From: Chrysomallon squamiferum
Lineage: Eukaryota > Animalia > Mollusca
Direction of reading: 5' to 3'
Length of the DNA stretch: 64,000 bases
NCBI GenBank assembly: GCA_012295275.1
Contig: CM022667.1
Coordinates: forward strand, 14,880,001-14,944,000
Below, piece by piece: positions 15,780 through 27,452 of this stretch (within the stretch, counting starts at the first letter, position 1; each line of letters opens with the position of its first letter). The position numbers were made by a program, and so were the translations under genes. The notes below the pieces were generated by a model. That model did not search any database and had not been told where the DNA came from. It saw only the letters and a program-made list of their open reading frames with translations.

Positions 15780-16059
15780 TGATGATGATAATAAATAAAT
15801 AAATAAAACACGGCCTATACGTCGGTGATCTCAGAAATAACCACGAAGTCAGTTCTATAAGATTTCACTTTAGTTCCAAGGCTAAATATTGAATAGGAAG
15901 AAGAATGAAAATAATGATCTCAGAGCTATAGCTTTATCAATGCCACAGTCGGCTGGTAGATCAATTTCCTTCAGTCTCTCTATTTCCCGTTCTAGTCGCG
16001 TCACCGACTGCATACCATTAACCAAACTCCGGTCCAGCTATTGTTTGTTAAAGTACCAT

Positions 16060-16131
16060 GGTGCGATTTCCGGGCTATGGGAAGGTATAATGTAAAGATC
16101 CCTTACTGCTAAGCAAGAAAAGCAGCCCATG
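16060..16131 (+). mobile_element. Decayed SINE central-domain fragment
   Basis: atgggaaggtataatgtaaagatcccttactgctaagcaagaaaagcagcccatg resembles a mollusc tRNA-SINE core recalled from memory; a related decayed piece lies near 47140-47270. Confidence 0.45.
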
Positions 16132-16184
16132 ATCGCGTTTCGTCTCTTGAACTATTATTATTATTATCGATTCCTCTTTTGAAC

Positions 16185-16277
<93 letters not shown>

Positions 16278-17157
16278 ATAGATAGATAGATAGATAGATA
16301 GATAGACAAATAAATAAATAATCTGTACAGGAAATAATACAGAAAAAAAAAATGTTTTATTTCATTTCGATGGTGTGTACATCAGTGTCATTTAATATTT
16401 TATTTATTTATTTGTTTATTTATTTATTTAATATCGCTGCATGGATTCCAAAACGGTAAATATTATGATAAATTAAGAACTCAGAATAAACACCGCTAAA
16501 CTAAATATTCAATAACTAATTTTGTATACAGATCCAAATAAATTATTACTTTCAACTGACCAGTTTACCTTATTTAAAAATACTTCATGTGTACTGTTCC
16601 CATATGTTATATTAAAAATAAAAAATAAAAAAACAAAAAAATAAAAATAAAAATAAAAAAATAAAAAAATAAAAACGAAGAAAGAAAAACAACAACAACA
16701 AAAAAAAAAACTATTGTAAACAAATATTTTCATTTAAGACAATTTTGTGAAAATAAATATAACATACTGTGTAACTTCCTTTTATCACTTTGAAAATTAT
16801 TTGCAAAACTATTCAAAACAGCAGGTAATTTCGCCAAATAAAACTTCTCATATAACACTGGTTGGATAACAGATTCATATGAACAAAAAATTCATTTTTA
16901 TAGTTTGGAACAATTTAGTACTATTTCTAAAAGAATCGTCACAAAATATCGTTTCACTTACTTCAAAAACAGTTAAATTTGTATGTTGACTCATCACAAA
17001 AACTGAAATTATTTAAAAATCATTAACTAAAGCTATTTAATATTTTTACTATCTGAATATTTAAAAATCTAATATGTAAATTAACAGATTAGTATATTTA
17101 AAATAAATAATAAATAAATAAATAAATACATAAATAAATAAATAAGTAAATACATAA

Positions 17158-17188
<31 letters not shown>

Positions 17189-17256
17189 TAAATCAGTTAC
17201 TTCTTCATTGAAAACTAGTTAACACTATTTGTAAACGGTTATATCGACATTTCGTA

Positions 17257-17487
17257 TCATTGTTCGGAAGCCTTTTGTTGCCGGTAAGCAGGAACCATCG
17301 ATAACACGTACATCATTGGAGACACTGTGACGGCAACCATGATGGATCCAACGATCACTTTTTGAGCAAAAGGGACGGGATACCTCGGTGGTCCTGATAT
17401 TACTGCTCTTCGAGTTGCTGATATTAATATGCCCTTTTTAACCATACTCAAAGATCCGAAAAACGTTTTTGTTAACATTAACGACAT
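17257..17487 (-). CDS. COX8: Cytochrome c oxidase subunit 8-like protein, copy 2 (76 aa, single exon)
   Basis: Presequence then RRAVISGPPRYPVPF, a TM segment and YVL...YR; 25/44 residues identical to copy 1 in the mature region by hand count. Confidence 0.85.
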   Translation of the reverse strand: MSLMLTKTFFGSLSMVKKGILISATRRAVISGPPRYPVPFAQKVIVGSIMVAVTVSPMMYVLSMVPAYRQQKASEQ

Positions 17488-18053
17488 TTCACGTGATGTG
17501 CTGGTCGTTTCGTGGAAGACGTTAATTGTTCAGGTCGGAGCGAAAATGAAATGGGGACGAATTACGTTTTACGTTCTTGGTTGTGTACGCTGCTGATAAA
17601 ATGATATTTAAATGTATGGTATAAGTTATATGTAGTCATTATTTATTTATTATATTTATAAATTTAAAAAGATTTATTTAAAAATGCATTATATATATAT
17701 TTTTTTTTAGAACAAAATTAAATTATAAATCCATTTTACACATAAATAATAGATTAAAATTTTTATATACAGTATTATAATCTTAAAATGATTTGAAAAT
17801 ACGAGCACTGCAATCATTTAAAAAAAACAACAACATACCGTGTTTCTTCAGATTTAGAATACAGAAATATGCTTCGACCTACCTGTATTTTTGTTTTTAT
17901 TCACTTAAAATTAAATTCTGTGGCACCAATCCTTCTAAAATTCTACCTGATGTACAATGAATTAAGGAATCACCTCACCAGCCTGTTATGAAAACATTTT
18001 TTAAAATTATAATAAACTTATAACAAACTTATAATAATAGTAATATTAAGACC

Positions 18054-18102
<49 letters not shown>

Positions 18103-18669
18103 TAAACAAAAAAACAAACAAAGCAACTAATGATAAAATAAATAAATAAATAAAATAAAATAAAATAAAATAAATGAAGGATACAATATGGCGTCTTTCT
18201 GGAGAGAATTACGTCAGACCGTCATAGCTCTCCAGTTTGGAGAGACAATTATCTGACTTACAACTTTGGACAGCTATTGGTTTAGCTGCCGTATTTAAAA
18301 ATAAATAATCATTTCTAGCTTAAATGTCTATTTTAATCACAACTGTCTTATCTGTTGAAATCCTTAATATAATAGTTTTATAATTTAATATCTTTATTTA
18401 TTTGTCAAATGAAAAATAAGAAAGGAATAATACAACTGAAGGTTTACTAGAAAAGGCAATAACATATTTTTTTTTTTTTTGGTTTAAATATAAATTACTA
18501 TCATATTCTTATTAATGTTTTTCTTGCTTTTTCAAATTAAAAAGTTTACAATATGCATTTTAATAAATAATTTAATAGATAGATTAAACATTTATTACAA
18601 ATATAAATTATGTGCACATATTATAAAAATAATAATAATAAAAAATGGAGATACCGAGAAGAAAATATT

Positions 18670-18753
18670 TGTCAGAAGTGGGATTCGAACCCACGCCTGG
18701 AGAACCAGACTGCGACCTGAACGCAGCGCCTTAGACCGCTCGGCCATCCTGAC
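18670..18753 (-). tRNA. tRNA-Leu(CAG), intronless, 84 nt
   Basis: Reverse complement is GTCAGGATGGCCGAGCGGTCTAAGGCGCTGCGTTCAGGTCGCAGTCTGGTTCTCCAGGCGTGGGTTCGAATCCCACTTCTGACA: A and B boxes, CAG anticodon, long variable arm, paired acceptor stem, and a TTTT terminator just downstream. Confidence 0.97.
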
Positions 18754-19208
18754 TACGCTTAAAAATGCTTGAAAATCAGTCTTATCAATGAAGCCAAACG
18801 TGTCTCGATTTTAAAATAATATTGTGTGACTTGTTGGAGTGTTGGTAATCGATAACGATTCTAGCAGGTTTGTGTCATTGTAAGTATATTATCGTCATTC
18901 GTGTTAATTTATAATTTCACAGTGTTCTGTTCTCTGAAGTATTTATTATGCACTTGATGAATGGTTTGTAACATACCATTTATGACTGTAGGTTAACTTA
19001 CAGTCATTCACTTACTGTGAGTGGTGGTCGCTGAACAAAGTTCAGCATCAGGACGGTTGCAGTGGCCGTTTAAATAATAGAGTGTCACCGTTAGACTCAA
19101 GTCACAATCATTAGACAGCCCTTTTCTCGGAACGCGAATGCTGGTGTGTATATACTTCAAATATTTATGGTTGACAGTTTTAGTAATTTTATATTAAAAT
19201 TGTTGTTG

Positions 19209-19243
<35 letters not shown>

Positions 19244-19317
19244 CTTTTTTTTTGTTTTTTGTTGTTTTAATTATTGATAGAGTACTGGTAACTATAAATA
19301 TAAAACAATAGTCTTCT

Positions 19318-19376
<59 letters not shown>

Positions 19377-19403
19377 TTTGCCATTTTTTGCAGATATATC
19401 ATT

Positions 19404-21062
19404 ATGTATCAGAAAGGACTTCTCATTCTGACCCAGCCTTTTAAGGTTTTGCTTCAAGACATGCCTAATATATTTAGGGTGGTTTCTCACATTATCTCCG
19501 ACGTCCTCTACGTTCACGTCCAACCACAGACGGATAACAACGAGCCGTTCCAGCTCAAAGCTGTTACCCCTTCGGAAGAATTTCAAGAAATACTTCGCTG
19601 TATCTACACCTGCAAACACTCTGGATCGTTTTCGCGAATGCCCGTCAAAATGATTGACCTAAAGGTGCTTCTGTCGCATATAACCAGTAACAAGCTAGAC
19701 ATGTCAAAGTACCCCTACAACATGGACTACAACATAGTCCTCGTCGACACCAATGACTTCAGCTTTTTCGGATCCAACAGGGATGCTGCCACTAAACAAA
19801 TAACCAGCATTTTCCCTTCAGAATCTCGACCGTTGATCGTGGATCTGTTGAATGAGCACAGTAGTGTCCACATTGTGAAACAGACCACGGATGAAAACAA
19901 AGTCGAAGTTGCCGAGGACACCACTTGCACCGGTAAAGTTGAAAAGTTCAAAACGTATGATGAAGTGGTCCTTGGTGGAACATTCGACTGCTTCCACATC
20001 GGCCACAAAGTACTAATCTCCGTGGGATGCATCCACTGCGACAAACGTCTGACGGTTGGTGTTTCCGACGGGCCAATGAATGAATTTAAAGTGCTCAAAG
20101 AACTGATAGAACCGTTGGACAAGAGGATTGCCACCGTGAAGAAATTTATAAATGATATTAAGCCAACGATTGAGGCCAACGTAGTCAGAATCATAGATCC
20201 TTACGGACCGACAGTAGAGGATCCCACCCTTCAGTGCATCGTGGTCAGCGAGGAGACTACAAACGGTGGCGCTGCTGTCAACGCCGAGAGGAAGAAGAAA
20301 AATATGAAAGAACTGGACATGGTGGTCGTTGATTTGATTCCCGAAGAGAAACCTGGTAAGTTTGAGGACTCTAAAGTTAGCTCATCTTCGACCAGGAAAA
20401 GGGAGCTGGGACAGCTTATACGACCAGTGGATCTCAAGAGGTGCACGTTTAACAAAGTTCCTTATCGCGTTGGGCTGACGGGGGGCATTGCGAGCGGCAA
20501 GACGTCCATCAGTTCCAGACTAGAGAAGCTTGGCGCGGGAATCATCAGATGTGACGAGCTAGGACACAAGGCGTACGAGCGTGGCACAGACACCTATAAA
20601 AAGATAGTGAAAACGTTTGGTGACAACATCGTCAAGGAAACGGGAGAAATAGATAGAAAGAAGCTTGGTTCCATTGTCTTCTCAGACCGAAGTAAAATGG
20701 ATCTTCTCAACGAGATTGTCTGGCCAAAGATTTTGGAATTGGTCGAGGCTGAAGTGAAACGTTTTCAAACGCAGAACAAAAAGGTCGTCATTCTGGATGC
20801 TGCAGTCCTTCTCGAAGCCGGGTGGGATAAGCACGTGCACGAGGTGTGGACGACCGTCATTCCACAAGAGGAGGCAGTGAAGAGAATAATGGAAAGAGAT
20901 AAAGTAACGCAAAAAGAGGCAATCGATCGTATTCAGTCACAATTAAGCAATGAAGAAAGGGTAAAGAAAGCTAACGTCATACTAAGCACATTCTGGGAGC
21001 CGGACTACACTCAGATGATCTGCGAAAAAGCATGGGATTTACTGAGCAGTCGGCTCATTTAA
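19404..21062 (+). CDS. COASY: Bifunctional coenzyme A synthase (PPAT + dephospho-CoA kinase), 552 aa, uninterrupted CDS
   Basis: VLGGTFDCFHIGHK (HxGH adenylyltransferase motif), DPYGP, VVSEETxxGG, KVSSS; kinase P-loop GLTGGIASGKT, IDRKKLGSIVF, LNEIVWP, DAAVLLEAGW. An acceptor ttttttgcag ends at 19393 just before the ATG, with candidate 5'UTR donor gtaagt at 18880. Confidence 0.97.
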   Translation: MYQKGLLILTQPFKVLLQDMPNIFRVVSHIISDVLYVHVQPQTDNNEPFQLKAVTPSEEFQEILRCIYTCKHSGSFSRMPVKMIDLKVLLSHITSNKLDMSKYPYNMDYNIVLVDTNDFSFFGSNRDAATKQITSIFPSESRPLIVDLLNEHSSVHIVKQTTDENKVEVAEDTTCTGKVEKFKTYDEVVLGGTFDCFHIGHKVLISVGCIHCDKRLTVGVSDGPMNEFKVLKELIEPLDKRIATVKKFINDIKPTIEANVVRIIDPYGPTVEDPTLQCIVVSEETTNGGAAVNAERKKKNMKELDMVVVDLIPEEKPGKFEDSKVSSSSTRKRELGQLIRPVDLKRCTFNKVPYRVGLTGGIASGKTSISSRLEKLGAGIIRCDELGHKAYERGTDTYKKIVKTFGDNIVKETGEIDRKKLGSIVFSDRSKMDLLNEIVWPKILELVEAEVKRFQTQNKKVVILDAAVLLEAGWDKHVHEVWTTVIPQEEAVKRIMERDKVTQKEAIDRIQSQLSNEERVKKANVILSTFWEPDYTQMICEKAWDLLSSRLI

Positions 21063-22905
21063 CTATATTTTATTCGATTATGGTAATTGTTTTGAGAGAG
21101 AAAAAAATGTTTAAAATAATAATAATTAAAAAAATATAATAAATAATAATAATAATAATAATAATGTAAAAAAGTTAAAGAAACCTTTTTTTTCGTAATT
21201 TTGTTTTTTGTTTGTCGTAGTTTGATGAATTTACAAAAGTATTATAATAATAAAAATAAAAATAAATAGCTACTGAAAGTCAGAAAACGACAAAAACAAA
21301 TAAATAAATCATTGTGCGACATAAATGAAAATGAATGGTGTGTTTCCAAATGTTCTTTCTTAATAAACTTAAATTAACATGATTTGAATGTTAAATATGT
21401 AACAGTTTGATAATTTGACATAATAAAATGTTCTGTACTTAAACCGCCTTCTTTGTTTCTATAAACCATTAACAACAACAACAACAACAATAAATAATGT
21501 AAAAAAAACACCCACCAAAATACCTATAAATAAACAGACAAACACACACACACATACACATCATATTAAAAGTCATTCTGACAGGTTATGAAGCGAGTTT
21601 GTTGAACTCTCCAAACCTAATTTGTTCACAAGCAAGAATAGAAATCATAATTATGGTTGGAGCAACGACGTGACGTAATATTTCGCAGGATCAGTCCTAA
21701 TGAAGGTGTACTTTGGAGTATTCCCTTGGGGATATTTGGGCCTTTTGGTTAAGGTTGACGTCAGAGGGGCTGATTTTACACATATAAAAATACAAATACC
21801 AATCATTTCTTGTTTTTCTCTAATTTGGAAGGTTAACTGCCACCCCGACCCCTTCATCGAAGTCGAATATCCGTCAACATTCCTCTGTTAGTGATTTAGG
21901 TTGATTAGCATGAAGTGAGATAGTTTAATTGAGTTAATTAAAGTTTGCTTTACTATCGTTGTTACAGACATCATTATCTCGACCACCACCATCACCATCA
22001 TCACCACTAACACAGCCACCAGTATCGTTATTATTTTTTATAAGAGGTATTGTGGTAAGTATAACTTAATAACAATGTTCGTAATTAACAATACATTACT
22101 TCACGTTATTTAAACGATTATTCACCACAATCTGATCAATCACTAACATTATTTATTGAATGCACGCATATATTTCAAAAATCGATCGTCGATGTTGTAT
22201 TGGTCTCCTGGGCGATTGCTTGCAGGTACTGTAATTATCACTTCTTTATTGACAAAGAGAAAATAATCGATGTTCAAAATCGATTCCAAAATTACTGATG
22301 AAATGGATCCTTAGGGACAGCTGTAATGTTTCTTTAAACGGGTACGTTTCAGCTAACGTCTTTTCGTTAAATAAATAAATATATATATATGAACAGCCGA
22401 CATATCTTGTATTTAAAATTGCGATCATGTAATTCAGATACTGTTAAACTAAAATTTACTCCGCATCAAAATCTATATCAAAATAGAATTATTTATATAA
22501 ACTCAGTTATTTTAAGATCAATAGGCTTTCTAATCCCTAAATTCATTGCTATTATGAACCATATAAATTACATGCTGTTGTGTTTCGAAATCTGGCCTGT
22601 TTAGCTCGTTTCATCAGATAATAAGATAAATTATTATAAATATAAAAATCTATCGTGGAAATGAATTATTGCTTATAATCGATATTCAGGATAATGAAGT
22701 AAATAAATCAATATATATGAACGCCAGGCCTTTATAGTTATTATCAAATTATATGAATATTTTCTTTCACGCTCTTAAATTTATTATTATTATTTATTTC
22801 TTTTTCTCTTCTATATTTTCTTTACTCTTTACTTGTTCTCTTTTAATCTTGAGTCTAGAATAAAACATTTCGCACTGATCTGTCCATCTACCTACTTTTC
22901 TGTTT

Positions 22906-22953
<48 letters not shown>

Positions 22954-23452
22954 ACCTATCTATTATTAACATTTTGTATCGTCTTCCCTTTTCCTGTAGT
23001 TATTTAACGCGTACAGAAATACATTTTGAAAAGTTCCATCTTTAACTCGAATTTCAAATAATTTTCTAATGTGTATTTGAAATAATGTATATCTATAAAT
23101 AGTTGAATGTTTGTACAGGAAAACTTTTAACAGTCAACAGTTTAAATCATAGTACAGTTTGTTCAGTAATTTATTTTTGTTTTCGAAGAACAGGCCGTCT
23201 ATTGTGATCAGATCGTATGCCTATTAATTTTAATCTAATCTCATAATTAGAAGTGAAATATCTAATGCTAATTACTGATTAAAAATATTGAAGATATTAC
23301 TAGTACAGATTAGGTAATATGAACAACAACAACAAATAGCGATGTGTATCGAGACGGGCGTAAAGCTTACCAAACATTCATTAATGCAGCGTAACGTAAC
23401 ACTAATATCAGTTAATTTTGTAAACGTCAGTTTACCAGTATAGGGTGTCAAT

Positions 23453-23665
23453 ATGGCGAATTCCAGCCGAGTTCCTATAGCTGAACATCAAGAATTCGAT
23501 TTGCAGGCAGTAAAAGAATTTATGCTTTCCAATGGAGGGCGGGTGAAGAATCACCAACTTGTCAATTATTTTAGGCGATTTTTGAACGACCCAACATTTA
23601 AAGGTAAATGAAAATAACGTGTGGGAAAGCTAGTTTGACATGTACTTCGACTTCCTGATGTTTTG

Positions 23666-23722
<57 letters not shown>

Positions 23723-26700
23723 TTTATTATATTCAAACAGTTGTGTGGGTAATTATCATAAATACCTTTTTCTTGTACAAAAGTTCTAATACTTCAAAAT
23801 ATATATATATGACAGTTTATAAATTTTTGTATCAAATTTTAATTAATGTAAATATCATTTTGTGATTCCATTGTGTGAAACTAATAAGTTTTGTTTTTAC
23901 AACTGGCATAATGTTATATTTTGTGTGGTTTATGATTTTAGCTGTGAACCGAGAAAAGTTTAAAGACTTTGTAAATGAACTCTCAACAATTAAGGTGGAA
24001 GAGGTAATTAAATATTATTCACATTCAACTTTATATTTTCTTACTAAAGTTAAAAGCCAGTATTGTGATATAATTTACATACACCACTTTTTAAAAACAT
24101 TTTAAAAGGTTAATTATAATATGATAAGAAAATGAACAATTCAGAATGAAATGGATAATTATAGTTAACAAATAACACATTTTCATATTTATTATTTAAA
24201 AATACATTTAATTTGAAAAGAAAATTTCACTTAAAGACTCAGTGAGCATTTAGATTTGATTTCCTGCTGAAGATATATATAAAAATAAATAAATAAATAA
24301 GTTATCAATATATAACTTATTTTGTTTTAATTATTAATATTACAATAATTATTATTTTTATTTAGGGTGAAAAAATCTTAGTCCTGAAGAAAAAATACCG
24401 ACAGAATTCTGAAACAGTTTCAGTCTCGTCATCTATCAGTGATCTTCGAGCACATTCAGAGCCTCCATCAAAACCTGCACCTGCTGTGCCAGTTTCCAGA
24501 GATGATGCGGATGGGGGAGGAATGTCAAAGGTGCGCAGTGAAACCAGTCTTGATAAACAGTCATACACTGCTACAACAGCATCGACAAAATCGGTGGACA
24601 GTGCCAGTGTTAACAGTCTTGCGATGTCAACAACATCAGTGGCATCAATGGTTTGTTTTTAACATATCCTCTTAGTGTGCCCATTGTAGTGAACAGGGGA
24701 AAAAAAAAAAAAAAAAAGAATCCTGTGGTGTGTTTAAATAAAATTCAAATAATTAATTATTTGTTATTTTAAAAAAATTATATTTGTTGTCACCATCATC
24801 TTCCTCTTCTTTTTCTTCTTCTTATTATTATTAAAATTATTATTGTTGTTGTTTATTAAATTTTAGAGCAGTACTATTATTATAAGTACAAATATTTTAA
24901 TTATTATTAAAAATAATTCATTAATTGTTATTTCATCAACCAGTTTCAAAGTTAGTTTTTTTTGTTTTTCTGTTTTATCAACATCATTTAATTATCTTGA
25001 TTGTTATCACTGTCAGTAGTACTACAGAATTACAATTTATGTTACTGACATAATTATTATTATTATCATGAATAATAATACTGTTACTGTTACTCTCCTT
25101 AATCATTCATCATCATTATTATAATTACAATGACTAATAATGGTCACTATTACTGTTCTTATCATTCATCATCATCCTTTCTTTTCTCTGTAATATCACA
25201 AAACTGTCATAATAATGTATCATCATCATAGATGTCATCATCTAATATTATAAACGGTAACATATATCATTCTTGTCGTAATCAGTGTTATTTTCATTAT
25301 AACGATATTATTAGGATATATTTGTTTTTATGTGTGTTATGATTGTTATGATTACTTTTTAATCACATTAATGAGTAACATAACAATTCTGACATGTATT
25401 TTAGGAATCTCAAGCATCGGCAGACTCAGGACAGTCTTCTCAGACGTCAGCCGAAGACGATGATCCCAACATGTCAGTTTTTAGTGTGAAGGAAAGAGCG
25501 AAGCAGCTCAACAGAATTGAATCCGACAGCAGCTTGATGAGTGTGCCCCTCCCTGGGAGGAGAAAAGAAATGAAGGTGATGGCCGTTAACTATTAAATTG
25601 TTATACCTCAGTAGTTTTTTTAATAGATTTTTTTTTTATTATTCTGTGTAGTTTGTTAATGTATCCATTCATGAATTGTTGAATATTGATTAAAGTTTAT
25701 TGTTTATAGTTTATTAATGTAGACATTCCCATTAGAAGAAGTGAAAGGTGATATCTAATTATTTTATTATTATTATTATTATATATCATAAGTTTTTAAT
25801 GGATTTATCAAAGTACTTATTTCTGATAAAAGAAAGGAGCTTTAGATAAAAAGTAATAGATTTTTATTTTTTTTAATAACAAAATATTTCATGTTTTAGT
25901 ATCCTTTTCAGAAAAGTATACAAAAACAGTTTTAACAATACCTATTTTTGAGTATATAAATATATTTTCTATTAATACTTAAATTCAGTATGCCTACTTA
26001 CTAACAAGTCTTGACTGATAACACTTGATATTTAAACAGTTATTTTTATTGTTCTTTTGTTTTTTCAGAGTATCCGAGGGTCACATGAAGATGATGAGTC
26101 TCACTCTTCGGGAGCCTCCTATGTTACAGTATATCATTTTATTATAACAATTTAGACTGTAACCATTTTAAAATAAACTCACTGTTTTTGTATATGAAGA
26201 TGATGAACCTAGCTGCATTGAGGCAAATGCCTCATACCAAAATTGACAATTATTTATTTTTTATGTTTTTTTTTATTAAAAAATGTATTTAAAAAATATA
26301 AAATATAAATCGCTGTTCCATTAGAAATGATATCCACTGAACGAATTCATTTATGTCTGTGGTTACCATTTGAAGTCTACTGACTTTGTTGCAATGAAAG
26401 ACACAACTGACTTCAAAGATATCAGACATCAAACAGATGTATTGAACATCTGATGATTTAAGGCATACAACATCCTTTTCACACATTTCAGTGTTAATCC
26501 AGTTCTTGCCCTGATGCACTGTATATTGTCATTTAGAAATTGTTTTTCCCCACTGTGCTCAGCGATTGTGTTTTTTACTTATTTCAAAAACAATCTAGTT
26601 ATGGCCATGCATTGTAAATCATTTTATTTTAACCCTTTAGACTGTAACAATTTTCAAATGAACTCGGTGTTTTCATATATTTTTGTTCTTGCATTTCAAA

Positions 26701-27421
26701 ATTTTCATGTACCAGTTGATGTTACATGTTTTAACAAATTTTCAGTTGATGTTACATGTTTTAACAAGTACTGTGTATTTTCAGTTGATGTTACATGTTT
26801 TAACAAGTACTGTGTATTTTCAGTTGATGTTACATGTTTTAACAAGTACTGTGTATTTTCAGTTGATGTTACATGTTTTAATAAGTACTGTGTATTTTCA
26901 GTTGATGTCACATGTTTTAATAAGTACTGTGTATTTTCAGTTGATGTTACATGTTTTAATAAGTACTGTGTATTTTCAGTTGGAGCCCGAGGAGAGGGAA
27001 TGGATGCTAACTTGTTGTCATTCCGATTACCAGGACATGTTTAAACTTCTGAGTAAAAATTCAAGTCTTGCTAAACTAAAAGTAAGTCCTACATTTTATA
27101 TTTTAAATGTTATATTTACTTATGAGTGAACCAACTTATGAGTTTTCCAAGTTAGGAGCATTCGCATGGTCAATTTTTTGCTTTGACATGTGAGCTTCAG
27201 ATACACTGCTGCTAGTTGGCACAACAAACAACATCTGCATTTTGTGCAGTATTTTGCCAGTTTTCTTTTTTTTGACCATGGATCCTAAGAAAGTGAGTGC
27301 AGATGACAGTGCTGAGAAGAAAAAGCTGATGATGTCCATTGAATTAAAGCATGAAATCATAGAAAAACATATACATGTCAAATACAAGTTTTGTCAACTA
27401 TTCTTATTTATTTATTTATTT

Positions 27422-27452
<31 letters not shown>

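Noticed and set aside
19317-20912. Antisense ORFs overlapping COASY
   Set aside because: Shadow frames of the real CDS.
26129-26140. Donor gtatatcatttt as a U12-type splice site
   Set aside because: Does not match RTATCCTT; treated as a weak U2 donor.
26705-27044. ORFs with TSTENTQYLLKHV / VDVTCFNKYCVFS repeats as independent genes
   Set aside because: Alternative frames of the 39-bp minisatellite.
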